Part shown: one piece after another, positions 28,201 through 41,201 of the stretch
Position numbering within the stretch: the first letter of the stretch is position 1
How the letters are laid out: each line of letters opens with the position of its first letter
Assembly: GCA_943704425.1 (NCBI GenBank)
Contig: CALSCP010002524.1
Span: 1-45,640, forward strand
Length of the DNA: 45,640 nucleotides
Direction: 5' to 3'
Source: Ministeria vibrans ATCC 50519
Lineage: Eukaryota > Protista > Filasterea
Translations under genes and position numbers: made by a program
The notes under the pieces: generated by a model
Seen by the model: the letters and a program-made list of their open reading frames with translations, nothing else
Told to the model about the DNA's origin: nothing
Database searches by the model: none

Positions 28201-31200
28201 ATGTCCAGGATCTTAAGGTGTCCATAGAACTGGAATCCAAAAGGAATAAACTGTCCGCTCGGCGTTGTGTGGCCCGACGGGTTCGTCGTGAAGCTCAGGC
28301 GCGGGTTGCCTTGATCTTCGCCGGCCGAAGGACGTGGAAAGCCCGATGTGAGCAGGTCCTTGGGCACAAAATCGGCAATGTCATCAAACACATCGGCGGG
28401 AAGGAGCGTGCTGAAAATCTCTTCCATTGTCATGCCAAAGAGCGCGCCATAGAAGTAATTTTCGAGTGGATTGTTCGTATCCACCTGAACTTGGAGGCTA
28501 CCGCCAATGCAGCCGAGCTTTTCAACCAGCTGCATGGTATCCCCGACCTTCTCGGCGCACCCGACGCGTCCATAGCGTACCTCCGCACCAAGACCAAACG
28601 CCGAGACGGCTGCGGGACCCGACGAGGGCGCAACGGAGAGGGACAGTCGCGCGTTACCAAAGTAGAAGTTGGGGAGAAAGAATGCGTCAGGCCAAATGCC
28701 AATCATGGCAGCCTCAATTGTGAGCTGTCCTGTCGCCGTGATCGAAATGGTCGTCGTGAAGAGCAGCTTGTTGCCGGGACGGCACGTCGGTCCAGGTGGA
28801 ACGTCCTTGCCTAGGATACGTCCCATGTCGACCGCGAGCGCTGCGTGGAAGCCAAACTCCACTTTGGGCACAGATAACACGGCAAAGAACCCAATTTCAT
28901 CGAGACTGATCAAAGGACATTTGTCGGCGTCGCGAATCAACACGACACCTCCCAAGGACGCGCCAAACTCCATTGACGGCAACTCTCCCTCGAGGGGATT
29001 ACCAGGGTCGATGCTTGCGTACAGGAGGATGTAAATGTCGCCAAGGTTCTCGTTGATAAACTGGCACACTTCGTCACAGTCAGGGCTCGACAGTGGCGGC
29101 AGCGAGATGCTGAGAAACAGAGAGAAGCCTTGGGGGATGCGCGACGCGTGTGCATACGTCTTGAATGGGGGTCGCAGGTCGGGTGATGCCCGCAGGTCCT
29201 TGGCCTCCGCCGAGTAGGTAAACGCAACACGCACATCAACGCCCTTGGGCACAAACATGGCAAAAATCTTGCTAATCTCTTCGCCTGGAATCGCCGATGT
29301 CACCAAGTTGATCAGCTTGCCAATTTGCTTGAGGCTCACCTCGAGCGTGACCGCCATTGACTTGAACAGCTCGAGTGCACTGGAGCCCAGGCCGCGGCGA
29401 CGGTTTGTCTTCGTTGTTGCAGGTGGTGTCGCTGGCACAGAGACGCTGTTTTTAGGGTTGCGTTGGGACATGGTGAGGGCCAGGGGACAGGTGAATCCAA
29501 GGAATTCAATGGTCACCGATATCTTCAGAAATGCCTTTGACTTGCCCATTGGCGGATAAAACTTGATTGAGGGTGAGATGAACGTGATTGAACCAAGGAT
29601 ACGAAACAGACTATTGGCAACGTCATCTTCTGCCCAGCGGCCCTTTGCGTGTCCGCGGAAGGGGTCGAGACAATAATTGGGCAATATACCTGCCGTGCCG
29701 ACACTGACACTCTTCAAAGGCACGCACCAGCCATTGTCGAGCTTTTCAAGGCTCGTACATTCACGGCACAGTCCGTCGCGCGTCAGAAACTGGCCGATTG
29801 GACAGAATTCGCACTGGTCACCGTTGGAAGCGGAGCCGGGTGGACATCTGATGCAGTTGAATATTGGGTCGGTACGCACATCAAAGCGTCGACAGTGACC
29901 CTTTTCAACACAAGAACACTTGCCAGCAATCTCGTCGTCAGTCAAAATATTAGGATCAGTCATAGGGGACGAAGGGGTCGACGGCGTGACAACCGCTGAA
30001 TTTGGCACGCACGCCGTCTTGTCTGCGTTCGGTTTTTCGCCTGTTGGGCACGCCTTGCAGAAGCGACCCGAAAGCACCGAGCCTTTGGGACAAAGCTCAG
30101 CTGCATCCTTGAAGCATTTAGCAGGGAACTTCGTGTTCCCCAACCCCAACCCCTGCGGCATCGACCGTGGACAGTCAAGCAACTGCTTGGTGTCAGCCTT
30201 ACAGTAATAGTGTTTGGGGAGAACGTCAGTGGATTCGCATGTGCAGCCCACACCAGTGGCGTGCACTTTACTTGTCGGGGAAACCGTGGTACACGTAAAG
30301 TCGAAACAGCCATCGCGGTACGAGTTCAGCGCCTTGTCCTTGCATGAAATGCATTCTCGTGCCGTGGGCGACAAGAAGGAGCTCTTGTCACACCGCGACG
30401 AAGTAAAGCAACGGTCGCCATTGAAAGAAATGACAGATGGTTTCTTGCACTCGACACATGCAGTCCGCTCGAGATTCACTGCTTTCCCTTCCTCGCAGGG
30501 AGAACACGCCTTGTTGCCTTGCGTGAGGACCGCACCGGGCACACACACTTCGCAAATGTGCCCACTCGGCGCGCATCGCGCACATTGAGGAATATTGCAC
30601 TTGCTTGGCGGGTCGATGCACGCGCGCTTATCTTTCGACGGGACGAGACCGGATCCACATACTGTGCATGCGGTTCCCGCGTCGTCCACGGCTTCGTTCG
30701 TGCCCGTGCACTGAACACACGCTTCGGCGCTGAAGTCACGGTAGGCGCCATTCTGACACCGGTCACAACCAGTGTGGTCGGCGAGAGGGAAAAGCGGGCT
30801 CGGACACGCCACGCACTTGTCTCCCGTCGCACTCACAACCAGGTCACCCAAGCACTGCACGCATTCACCATCGACAAGAGCTTCATCAGCCCGGCTACAC
30901 GACTGACGCACACAGCGTCCGCCATCTGACGAGGCAATTAGATTTGCGGGGCACGTCTGACAACTCTTGCCGTCAACACTGACGACCGTGTTGCCAACGC
31001 ACTCCGAGCACTTGCCATTGGCGAGCGCATAGCCATAATGGCAACGAGTGCACTCCACGGGGGTCTTTTGTGTATCCACCTCGACACATCCAGGGAGGTT
31101 TGAATTGGCAGCTACGTCTGATACGCAGCTGTACTTCACCAAGGTCGTCTGAGAGGGGCATGCCACGCAGCCAGTGCCCTGCGAATTCACTGCTTGGCCT

Positions 31201-34200
31201 GATGGGCAATCCTTGCACTCGCCCTGGTCAAAATAATACCCAATACCACATCGCATGCAAATACTCCCGTCGGCGGCTCGCTTGAACGGTGCAGAACACG
31301 TCTCGCAGGCATTTCCTTGCCAATCAACAGCCTGCGTGCTGGAGCAAGCCTCGCACTGGGTCCCGGCCGAGTTGAGGAACTCGGGGCGCACGCACGTTTC
31401 GCAGCCACGCCCGTGGCGGTCGCGGACCGCTGGAGGCGTACACGAAATACACGACAGTCCGTCTGCGGCGGGAGTCTTGGGTGCGGGGCACTCGATACAG
31501 CCATTCTGAGCCGGGTCCAGGTAGAACCCATCCTTGCATAAGTATTTGGACGTGAGCTCCTCTTGCTCCTTCTTCACCTGCTTGGGATGCTCAAAAGTAC
31601 AAGTGCAACCCACAAGTCCGCCACACCGCGCATCACGATCAGCAAACTCATCGCGGTGTGAAACCGCCGCAATAAACTGTCGAATGCTGAGAGAGGGTAA
31701 TTCAACATAGGCCAACCAACGCATTTCACCCTGCACAGCAAACTTGGACCTCGCGGGGTCAGGGATGCAAGCACTGCCGTCCTGCGCCATCAATTCCCCG
31801 TCGGGACACACCTCATCAGCGGCAGCGGAACACGCATTGGCATTTGAAAGCATGCGCATCGTCCCAGGTGGACTGCACGCAACGCAAACATTGTCTGCAA
31901 CCATCTCGTTTGGCTTGCACACTGTGCCGGCCGACTCGCACGTCACGGTGCCCGCGTCGCGCACCTTGGCAACCAGCTGTGCATTACACGCAAACTCACA
32001 CGTATTAGCTGTGGAAGAGCGCTTCTGGCCCACGGGACAGGGCATGCACACACCGTTCTGCACTATCTTATTGGCATCACACACCTGACAGACAAAGCCA
32101 GACTTGTACTCGCCTTTGCTCTCGTCACAGGATTCACAGCCTGTACCGCTCTTGTTGGGGACCTTTGTGCTCGCGCATGCGACACACTGACCATTTGATT
32201 CATATTTGTTACCGATGCACTTCACACAGCGCGTTCCGCCCACGACGTTTTTATCGACTGGGCAGATCTTGCACGTTTTTCCGTCGTCATCTGTGTACTG
32301 CGACTTGGGACAAAAAGAGCAGGAGGTCAGACCTTCGGACAGGGCGGCCTTGCCTGGCGCACAGGGAATACAGTCCGTCAGACCAACTGCCGACGCGTAC
32401 GTGCCCTTCTTGCACTTTTTGCAGCCCACGGCACCTGATAAATCGTTGTACTGGCCCGCGGGACAGTTGATACAGCCGTTCCCAAGTGAATACTTTCCAG
32501 TCGGGCAATCGGTACATGATGCTGCGCGATGCTGACGATACTTTCCATCCGGACACTTCTCGCACTTGCCAGACTCCACGTTGCTTGCTACCTGGTTCTC
32601 TGGACACTCTATGCAAGATTTTCCACCCGGCGGTACAATTGAATGACTCCCACAGGAACTGCAGCGCACCGTACCACTCACCGACTCGTCGGGCATGGGC
32701 TTGTCGATCGGACAGGCTCGACATGCTGTGCCGTCGAGAGTGGAGTATTCGCCAGCGGTGCACGTTCGACATTGGCTGGCGCCGTCTGCGTCGGCGTACG
32801 TTCCAAATTCACAAGGAACACACGCAGACTCGCTTGTGGAGGCAGTTGCCGCAACGGCCTTGCCGGCAGAACAACGCTTGCACTGACTCGCTCCTTTTTC
32901 GTCTTGGTACTCACCAAATGCACACTGAGAACAAGAGACGCGCCCTACCGTGTTTGCAAACATGCCGGAGTTGCAAGGCTGGCACTCGGTAACGCCTCCC
33001 ATATTAGAGAAACGGCCAAGATCACACGTTTCACACGCACTGGCGCCCTCCTTCGCACCATACTGCCCCTTGGGACACGCGACGCAACTCGATGGGGATG
33101 TCGCTCCCACTTGTGTTGAAAACTTACCCTTGGCACACTCACTCACGCACTCGGTGGCGCCCACAGTGTCGCTGTAGCGACCTGCCTGACACGGCGTGCA
33201 ACTCTTGGCGCCACTGGATCCATCGTTAAACCTTCCAGCCACGCATGGTTTGCAGCTGCTTGCGCCGCTAAGAGAATATTTACCATTTGCGCACTTGACA
33301 CACTGCGCCTGGGCTGTACCGCCTGTTGTATCCAGGTAGGTACCTGCGTTGCAGGCACTGCACGTAGCGGTACCTGTCGAAGCGGCAAAGCGGCCCACAG
33401 CGCACATTTTGCAGGAGCTTGAGCCGGCAATGGGCGCGTACGTGCCAGGTGAGCATGCAACGCATGCGACATGGTCGGCAGTGCTTGTCTGTCCGATAGG
33501 GCAACTCTGGCACGTTCCTTCATTTTCATCAGGATTAAACTTGCCGTCGGCACACGGGACACATGACGCGCCACTCGGCTGCTCGCCCTTATTGCATCCT
33601 GTCTTGGTGGCACGTCGACTTCGCGCCTTTTCCCATTGTGCAATCGCCTCATCTTCAAGTGTGTTGTCGTCAACGTCGTAGAGAGCGGTGCCGTCGCTCA
33701 CCCCCTCTGTTGACGCCTTCTCAACTCCCACCTCGAGCTCTTCATAGGCACCAGTGTCCATTCGGCGGCGCATCTGTCCTGTAAGCATTCGATGTCGCTG
33801 CTCTTCGTCGTCGAGGAGCTGGTGCGAAAGAAGACGCGCTGATTCGGGAGTACCGTCGAAGCAGGTGATAAATGGGTTTTTGGAGTCACACACAGTCTGC
33901 TGCATGACCAAGAATGTGTCTCTGTCCACCGAGGTAACATAATCACGCGTGAAGCGCACTTCGTGGCCGTACAGTGGATGAAATGCCGCTGCGTCGTCTC
34001 GACGACGGTGACCCATACTTCCCTTTTTCGCCTGCAGCGTTTGCCACTCGCACTGGTCCATGCCGGCCGCATTAGAAACAAACTCTCGACCAACTCCGAG
34101 CGTGAATTGCAAGCCAACAAATTGAAAGCCGATTGAAACTTGGAGCGTAAAGTGAAAGGGCGTTGCGGCAGCCACCTCGTACTTCATCGTGGGTCGCTGT

Positions 34201-37200
34201 GACAGAGTGCACAAGTCGCGCCCTGGCGCAGCGGAATTAAGAATGTTGTTCCAGCCAACCGCAATTGTACATCCAGTGTATCCATGATATGCAACGGCAA
34301 GGACTCCATCAGGATCATCATAAAAGAGGTCGTTTCGCGTGGCAAATGTAAACTTCAAGTCAAACGTGAGGGTACTAGGTTTGAAAAATGTCGTGACAAA
34401 ATTCCGCACCGCCACTTTGGCCGTCGGCGGACCGGGAGTGGCTGGATCGCGACGGGAAAGACTGCCACGAGGCGTTGCATCAAGCAGCGGTGAGTTGTCG
34501 GAACGAATGGACAGCGCAAGCGCTCTGTGTTCTACATGATCACACAGCTCGCCGGTCCACAAGTGCGAGGAGCACCCACACTCAAAGCCAGTCGGCGAGC
34601 TTTCCGAATATCGACACTGACCTCCGTTGGCGCACGGCGACGAACGGCATGTGTCGGCCTCTGCATCACAAGTTGAGCCAGTGAAGGCGGCCGGACATGT
34701 ACAAAGAGGACCGGACTCGACCGAGTCACAGGTGCCGCCATGGGCGCAGGGTGACGAAAGACAGTAGTCGTGGGACGAGGCGCATGTTGAGCCGTAAAAG
34801 CCAGGTGCACACTCACATTCGTATGCACCTTCATCCGAGTCGTGCAAATGACACGTGCCATTGTTGCGGCACGGATTGACACGGCCACATAGTTGAGCGT
34901 GCTCAAGCGCAAGCTTTGCGCGCTCGTCAATCAACCACTCCATGAAGAATTGGCCGCGCAGAGACGCCAGGCGTGGTTCCATATCGTGAACATCGTCGTT
35001 GCTCCGCATTTGGTAGTACTCGTGTTCCAGTCGATAAATGTCTTCGGTAAGGCGCCGACGACGACCAACACTGAACGATTGGCCTCCGCCAATCGGCAGG
35101 AGTGTTGTGCGCCCATTGTTGATGTTGAAGGACAACGACTTGAAGCCCATGGTGATGAGGGGAATAGGCACAAAGTTCTCAACGCCGTCAATTGCATTGT
35201 TCGTCGCGTACTGGATGAGCGATGCGACCGACCAGGGGCACTTATTCATTGCTGATGCCTTTCGCGCGATAGTGAACTTTCCCAACAAACTCACATACCA
35301 GGTGAGTCCCGCACAGACAGACGCATCAGCTGGAGTGGTGCCGGCGAAGCTCAAATCCAAAACATTGTTGATATGGAAATACTGGACTGGCTGTGAGGGT
35401 GCTATCAGAGACATAGATTTCTCCAGGTCCGGATTGGACACGTCGACACCCATGGCCGCCCAGTCAATAGAGTTCTTAGCGTACGCGCCACGTCGACGGC
35501 CACCAGTCGTGGTTGCGGCGTCGGCAGTGTAGACAAAAGCAAAAGCGGACGGGCCCGGCTCGATGCCGGCGAGAAATTTGTCCAGGGATGGGAAGATGGG
35601 AAGGTCGGGGAAAGGCATGAAAGTGAGCAGGGGAAATCCAAGCAGATCGACGGCAAACTTGATCAAGGCCTTTCCCGTCAGCTTGGACTGAGCAAAAATC
35701 ACCACGGCATTCGGAACGGTTGTGGTCACTGCTGAAAACGATATGTCATTTGGATCGATTCCCTTGTACGTAGTTTCCAGCAGGTCGTTAAGGAACGCAA
35801 CCAGTTGACTTCGTGCGGCGGGCGCTTCGACAACCTGATCGACACCATCGAGTGCAGCGACACCCTTGCCAAGAACCATGTACAGCTGAGGATCAATGAC
35901 ACCTTGGCAGCGATCGTAGGCATCGGTGTCGCGCACAGCCTCGCTACACTTTTGAGTGTTGAGACATGGACCACTACCACAGGCACGCGTTTCACCGTCG
36001 ACTGTGTTGCACACGGCACTGTTGCTACCAGCAAGCAAAGTACGTTGGCGATCCTGAGTGCCACCACCGCAAGAAGCGGTACAGGCGCTCCACGAACCCC
36101 ACTGCTGCCAAGAGCACGATAGTTGAGCGCACGTCATGGTATTGCACGCCTGGGATTCCTGTCGCAAGGCAGTCATCGAGCATAGCGCACCTCCAAACGC
36201 TGCCGAGGGAAACTCGGTACGATAGCGACTCTGGATTCCGCCGTCGCACACTTCGGAGCAGGTCGACCAGGCGGACCAGGTCGAGAGCTTACAGTCGACA
36301 GGGCAGGGTGTGCCCACGCACGCTTTCGTCTCGCTGTTGACACCCGCACAGGGTGCTCCTCCGGGTTGAGCTGCGGTCGCCACGGAGCGAGTGCGAGTTG
36401 CGATACCACCCTGCCCGCATGCTGCGCTACATTGCCAATCGCTCCACTGCGACCAGGCACAGTCACCCGATCCCGGACAGGGAGGTCCGTTGCACAAGCG
36501 TGATTCAGATACACTGCCCGAGCATGGACGGCCGCCATGTTGAGCTGCTGTTGCATGACCGCGTGAACGGGTTTGCGTGCCGCCCGTGGCTGTACACACC
36601 TGTGTTGTGCACGCCGAAAAAGCCGACCAAGAGCCCCAGACGCAGTCAATAGGGCAAGGCATGCGATTACACGGTGCACTCTCGTGCGTTGGACCCACGC
36701 AGGGTTTCCCACCATACATATGTGCAGATTGTGGTCCACGCGTTCGCTCCATCGTACCCAACAAACCGCAGGAGGCGGTACACGGGCTCCAGGGCGTCCA
36801 GTCCGAGAGAACACAGTCGACAGGACACGCGATGGTATTGCACGGACGTGTTTCGCTGGATGCGCCCGAGCAGGGTTGGTTCGAATGGCGACCGTAAACG
36901 AGCACATGACGATGACGCATGTGCACGCCACCGCCGCATTCTACGGTGCACGCAGTGGACCAGCTAGACCAATCACTCCAGAGACATTTGCTCGGCGTAC
37001 ACGAGTGGGTGTTGCATGCTTGCGCTTCCGTTGTAGGAGATCCCAATGGACACGGAGTCGTTGAGGTGGTGAGAAACTGGCGCGTTCGCAGTGACGTGCC
37101 CGTTCCACATGACTTGGAGCACGCACTCCAGGCGCTCCAGGTAGTGAGCTGACAGTCGGGAGCAGAGCATAAGGGGGCCGAGAAGCAAGGTTCCATTTGA

Positions 37201-40200
37201 GTGGGTATCAAGCACGAAATAAGGTCCGTCTCGGGCGAGAGAGGGGCTCGCGGAACGGGCCAGCGGCGTTTTTTTGAATGATTATCACACAACTGACACG
37301 CAGTCGTGTCCCAGGCGGACCAGGTGCACGCGGACCAGGGACATACAAGTTGGTCTTTAAGATGCACCTCATATTGTAAGATGGGGCGGAGAAAGTGCCA
37401 TTGGGCGCGCTGGTTATAGATGTCGACAGAAGGCGGGTCGTGAGCAGTTGCGGCGAGTCGCACAATGAGCGGAGTGCTAATGGAGTAGAACAATGGCGAA
37501 GAGCACGCCATGCGTCCACGTGTGTACTTCATACGACACGCAATGGTTCTACCCTGAAGCACCTCCACCGTTGGTGGTTCGGTGTCCCAAGATGACTGGC
37601 CGTGAAGCACGAGTGTTACGGTGGTTTCTCCGCCAGAAGGCAGTTCTGTGCCGTGAAAGGCGAACGCGATGAACGCGCTCTGTGTCGGAGAAAGACGCAC
37701 CGTTGGCACAGGACCACTTTGCAATGCTCCAGTAATTCTCCCGATCGCTGTCACACACGGTGTTGTACAGGCGGCACCAGCGTATCCGGCTGGACACCCA
37801 CAAGTTGTTCCGGTGTGTGTGATGGGGCATTCACACGAGAATGAGGCAACCCCGTCGTGACACGTTCCCCCATTGACACATGGCGACGAGGCACACTCGT
37901 CAATGTTGACCTGACACATTGTGCCAGTAAAGCCCGCGTCGCACTCACACGGTCCGACCTCCGGAGATTCAACGTTAAGAACCAAGCACATACCGTTTGC
38001 ATAGAGGCAGCGTCCGAGCCCGTCGGGTGTGCGTTCACACGTGGCATCTTGTGTTCGACAGGGCGAGGGGACACAGGGATTGGGAATTTCGCAAACAGGC
38101 CCGTAGTGACTTGGGGGGCATCGGCACGTGAACGAATTGATACCATCGGTACAGGTGGCACCAGACATGCAGGGCGAGGATGCACATTCGTCAATGTTGA
38201 TATCGCATGTGATGCCCGTGTAACCATCGTAACAGGCGCAATGAAAGCCATTTACTCGGTCGTGACACAGTCCACTCAAGGTGTTGCAAGGGCTCGAGGC
38301 GCAATCGTCGATGTCGATGGAGCAGTGAGCGCCAGTGTAGCCTGGGTGGCACGCACACGAGAGTTCGGCTCCATCACTGGCACTCACTTTGCAGGTGCCT
38401 TTGGGAAAGTTACATAGAGCCTCGTTGGTGCCGTCAACGCAGTCAACACCGTTAAAACACGGATTGGGCTCGCAGTCGTTGACACGGCTGCAGTCGGCAC
38501 CTGAGAAGCCAAATGCACAGAAGCAGAAGACCGAGTTGATGCCGTCAACGCAAGTGCCATTGCCAGAACAAGAAGATGGGCTACAGTCGTTGATGTTCAC
38601 CTCGCAGTGCGAGCCTGTAAAACCCGTCTCACAAACGCACGTGTATGAATTGAGGCCATCGAGACAGGTACCACCGTTGTTGCAGGGTTTGTCGGCGCAG
38701 TCGTCAACATTGACACTGCAACTTGCGCCGCTATAGCCATGATCGCAGGTAAAGCGATCGACAACGACACGTACGTTGTCAATGCCCCAAAAGAGATCCT
38801 GACGGCCATTGACGACGCCCCAGCGCACGATAATGTGAGATGGAGCGAATGCTAGGTAGTCAGTGGAGACGGAGAAGCTCAAAGGCAACTGAAGTTTGCT
38901 TGACGAGAGCGTAAGGGCGCGTGTAAAGGTAATGCCGCCGTCAAATGACGTGTCGACGATACCATTCTGATAGGGGTCGGTCGTGTGGAAATGCGAGTCA
39001 AATGAGACGTGGACTAGAGCCGTGTAAGGGGGAAGCGCAATTTTTTCGGTGCGCAAGTAGGCGTTAAAGCTAACACTGCCTGTGAATGGGTTTTGCGAGA
39101 AGGCGTCGCGCAGAAGGTTCGGGTCAGCCACGGCAACAACATTGTTACTGGCGGCACTACTGGATGAGATGAGGTCGTCGTGGTGCATACTGGGCTTCTT
39201 TGAGTGCCACCAGTCGAGCGTCATAAAAGTCCAGCCGGAAAATTCCTTGCCGCCAAGTGATGAGTCGAGCTGGGGATCATACGTGTGCTTGTTGCTGAAC
39301 CCTAGTGGCGAAGTAGACGTCCAAACATTGTTGGAAGAGGTGGAAGCGGACAGGGGTGGCTGCAGCATGCTCGCGAGCGAATCGAAGTCTTGCTCGAACA
39401 CGAGCGTCGAGTAGCGCGTTCCGTGAGCAACATCGCACACTTTGGTGGGAAGCGGGTCGAAGGAATCACAGGCGTCGGAGGACTGAGCTGGAGTCGCGCA
39501 TGGGATGAACGCACACGTGTCCTTGGCAGTGGTACAGTCGGTGCCGGTGCGCCCGGACGGACATCGACACTGATGCCCGTACGAGTTGCTCTGACACGGC
39601 TCGTCCGATGCGCCACAAGCCGAGTGGCACTGGTCAATGCACTTCTCGGCGTCCGCTTTACCTTGGGTGTAGCGCCCCGCGGGACAGACGGTGCACACGC
39701 CGTTCTATGGAAGACAACAAGAGAGTCAACGACCGACGGTCTTTAACTCTTCTCGTTTTTCTTTGCTGTACCTGTGGAATTTTGTCGAGACCACATCCAT
39801 CGCAGCCGGTGGACTTCATTGCTTTGCCTGGCGGACACGAGGAGCACGCCGATAACGACGTGGAACCACTGGGCGAGTACTTGTCAATTGGACAAGAAAG
39901 GCACATATGAGCGCCACTGGACGGGCTGTATTTCGCTGAAGGACAAGGGCTACACTCGGTCGCGCCTGAACTACTCGCATAATGACCGGGCAAACAACTG
40001 CAGCGGAAGCGAAGAAAAGAGTAAAGGGGCAAAAGGGCGTAAATTGGAATAGTTATGAAATATCAATAATAATAATAATAATAATTATTATTATTATTAT
40101 TATTATTTTTTGGGTATTGATCAGGGGGGGAAAAGCATGTGTTCAGCATGTGTACCTTTGACAACTGGCAGAGCCTTTCTCGCCGGCGTAGGACCCCTTA

Positions 40201-41119
40201 GCTGCAAAAAGAATGCGCTTCATTACTTTTGTTCGTACGTCGTGTGTTGATAGTCATTCACTTACGACATGCAGAACACTTTGAGAAACCACCGAAGGCA
40301 AAGGTGCCAGCGGCGCACTTGTGAGGTTGGCCAAAGCCGGCTGGACACTCGTGCCCACTTGGGCACGGCAAGCACCCCGTGATGGTTGAAAAACTTCCAG
40401 CGGAGCACAGCAGACGTGTTGGGCGGTGAAGCGGACCTGAAGGAACGTCTCCACCGGCCCGCTCCCGCTCGCAACGGGCGCCGTCAAACATGGGCGGGCA
40501 GCGGCAGACGGGGTTGCCATCAACGACGACACACATGCCGTTGTTGAGGCACGGCTTGCGGATGCATTCATTCTTCTCAAAGCATGAGGGAGAGCTAACA
40601 GTCATTGCGACATTGCTCAACGAGAAGGCTACAGCAACAGAGAAAGGAAAAAAAAAGGTTTTTGGTGATTTGCGTTTGTGTGACACGGAAAGCCGTATCA
40701 AGGGCATGAGCACATGCACTGTGAATGAGACACAAGCCTCCCATGTCAATCGCGGGGGCGATCATACCTTCTGTGTGCCAGAGGTCGAAGGTGAGAGAAG
40801 TGGCGTTTGTGGGCAGCTGAACGACCAGTTGACGATGATGCAGGGCAGCGGCGGGGCCGTCAGCGCTAGTGTCGCTCGTGCCAGGGAGTACAAACAGAAA
40901 GACGCCAGATGGAGTCGCAATCGAGAGCGCGAAAGAGACGTCCGTCGCGTCGGATGAAAACGTTAGGGTGATAGTCCCCTCTTCCGGAACGCGCGACGAG
41001 ACAGAGTACTGGGGGAACTCCTCCGCGGAGCCCCCCGGGTGTTCATGGACTGTATCCCCGTCAGTTCCCGCGGAAGCGAACCCACCCAACAGACGCAGAG
41101 AGCTGGGGCGGGTGCGAAG
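19248..41119 (-). CDS. Giant (>=7,121 aa) probably secreted mosaic protein: EGF, GCC2/GCC3-type Cys-rich repeats, jelly-roll module, TSP1 x8, beta-rich scaffold, amphipathic helices, FN2, C2, discoidin-like, LamG, tandem 6-Cys repeat, EP-rich linker; 5' end unresolved
   Basis: Exons 41119-40768, 40628-40266, 40201-40156, 39997-39772, 39704-22934, 22855-19248 join in frame through GT-AG introns (21,366 nt), e.g. GNQ-C-TDSSQC across intron 22933-22856 and KIPQ-NGVCTVC across 39771-39705. No convincing start codon/signal peptide or C-terminal TM found. Confidence 0.85.
20364..20690 (-). repeat. 18-bp coding tandem repeat encoding GG(S/R)EP(E/A)
   Basis: Plus-strand units such as caggttcacttccaccct / caggttcacgtccgcctt; translation [26 protein letters not shown]... 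Confidence 0.95.
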
Positions 41120-41201
41120 CTGACAAACACATTTGGAAAACATTCCACAAAAAAAAAAAAAAAAAAAAAAACAAAAAAACAACAACAACAACAACAATCA
41201 A

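Noticed and set aside
27085-29630. MACPF domain in the giant protein
   Set aside because: TSP1, EGF and C2 suggested it, but I found no (Y/F)-G-T-H-(F/Y)-x6-G-G signature.
19248-39698. Treating the 5601-aa and 1212-aa ORFs as two genes
   Set aside because: The 78-nt intron 22933-22856 joins them in frame in the middle of a Cys repeat.
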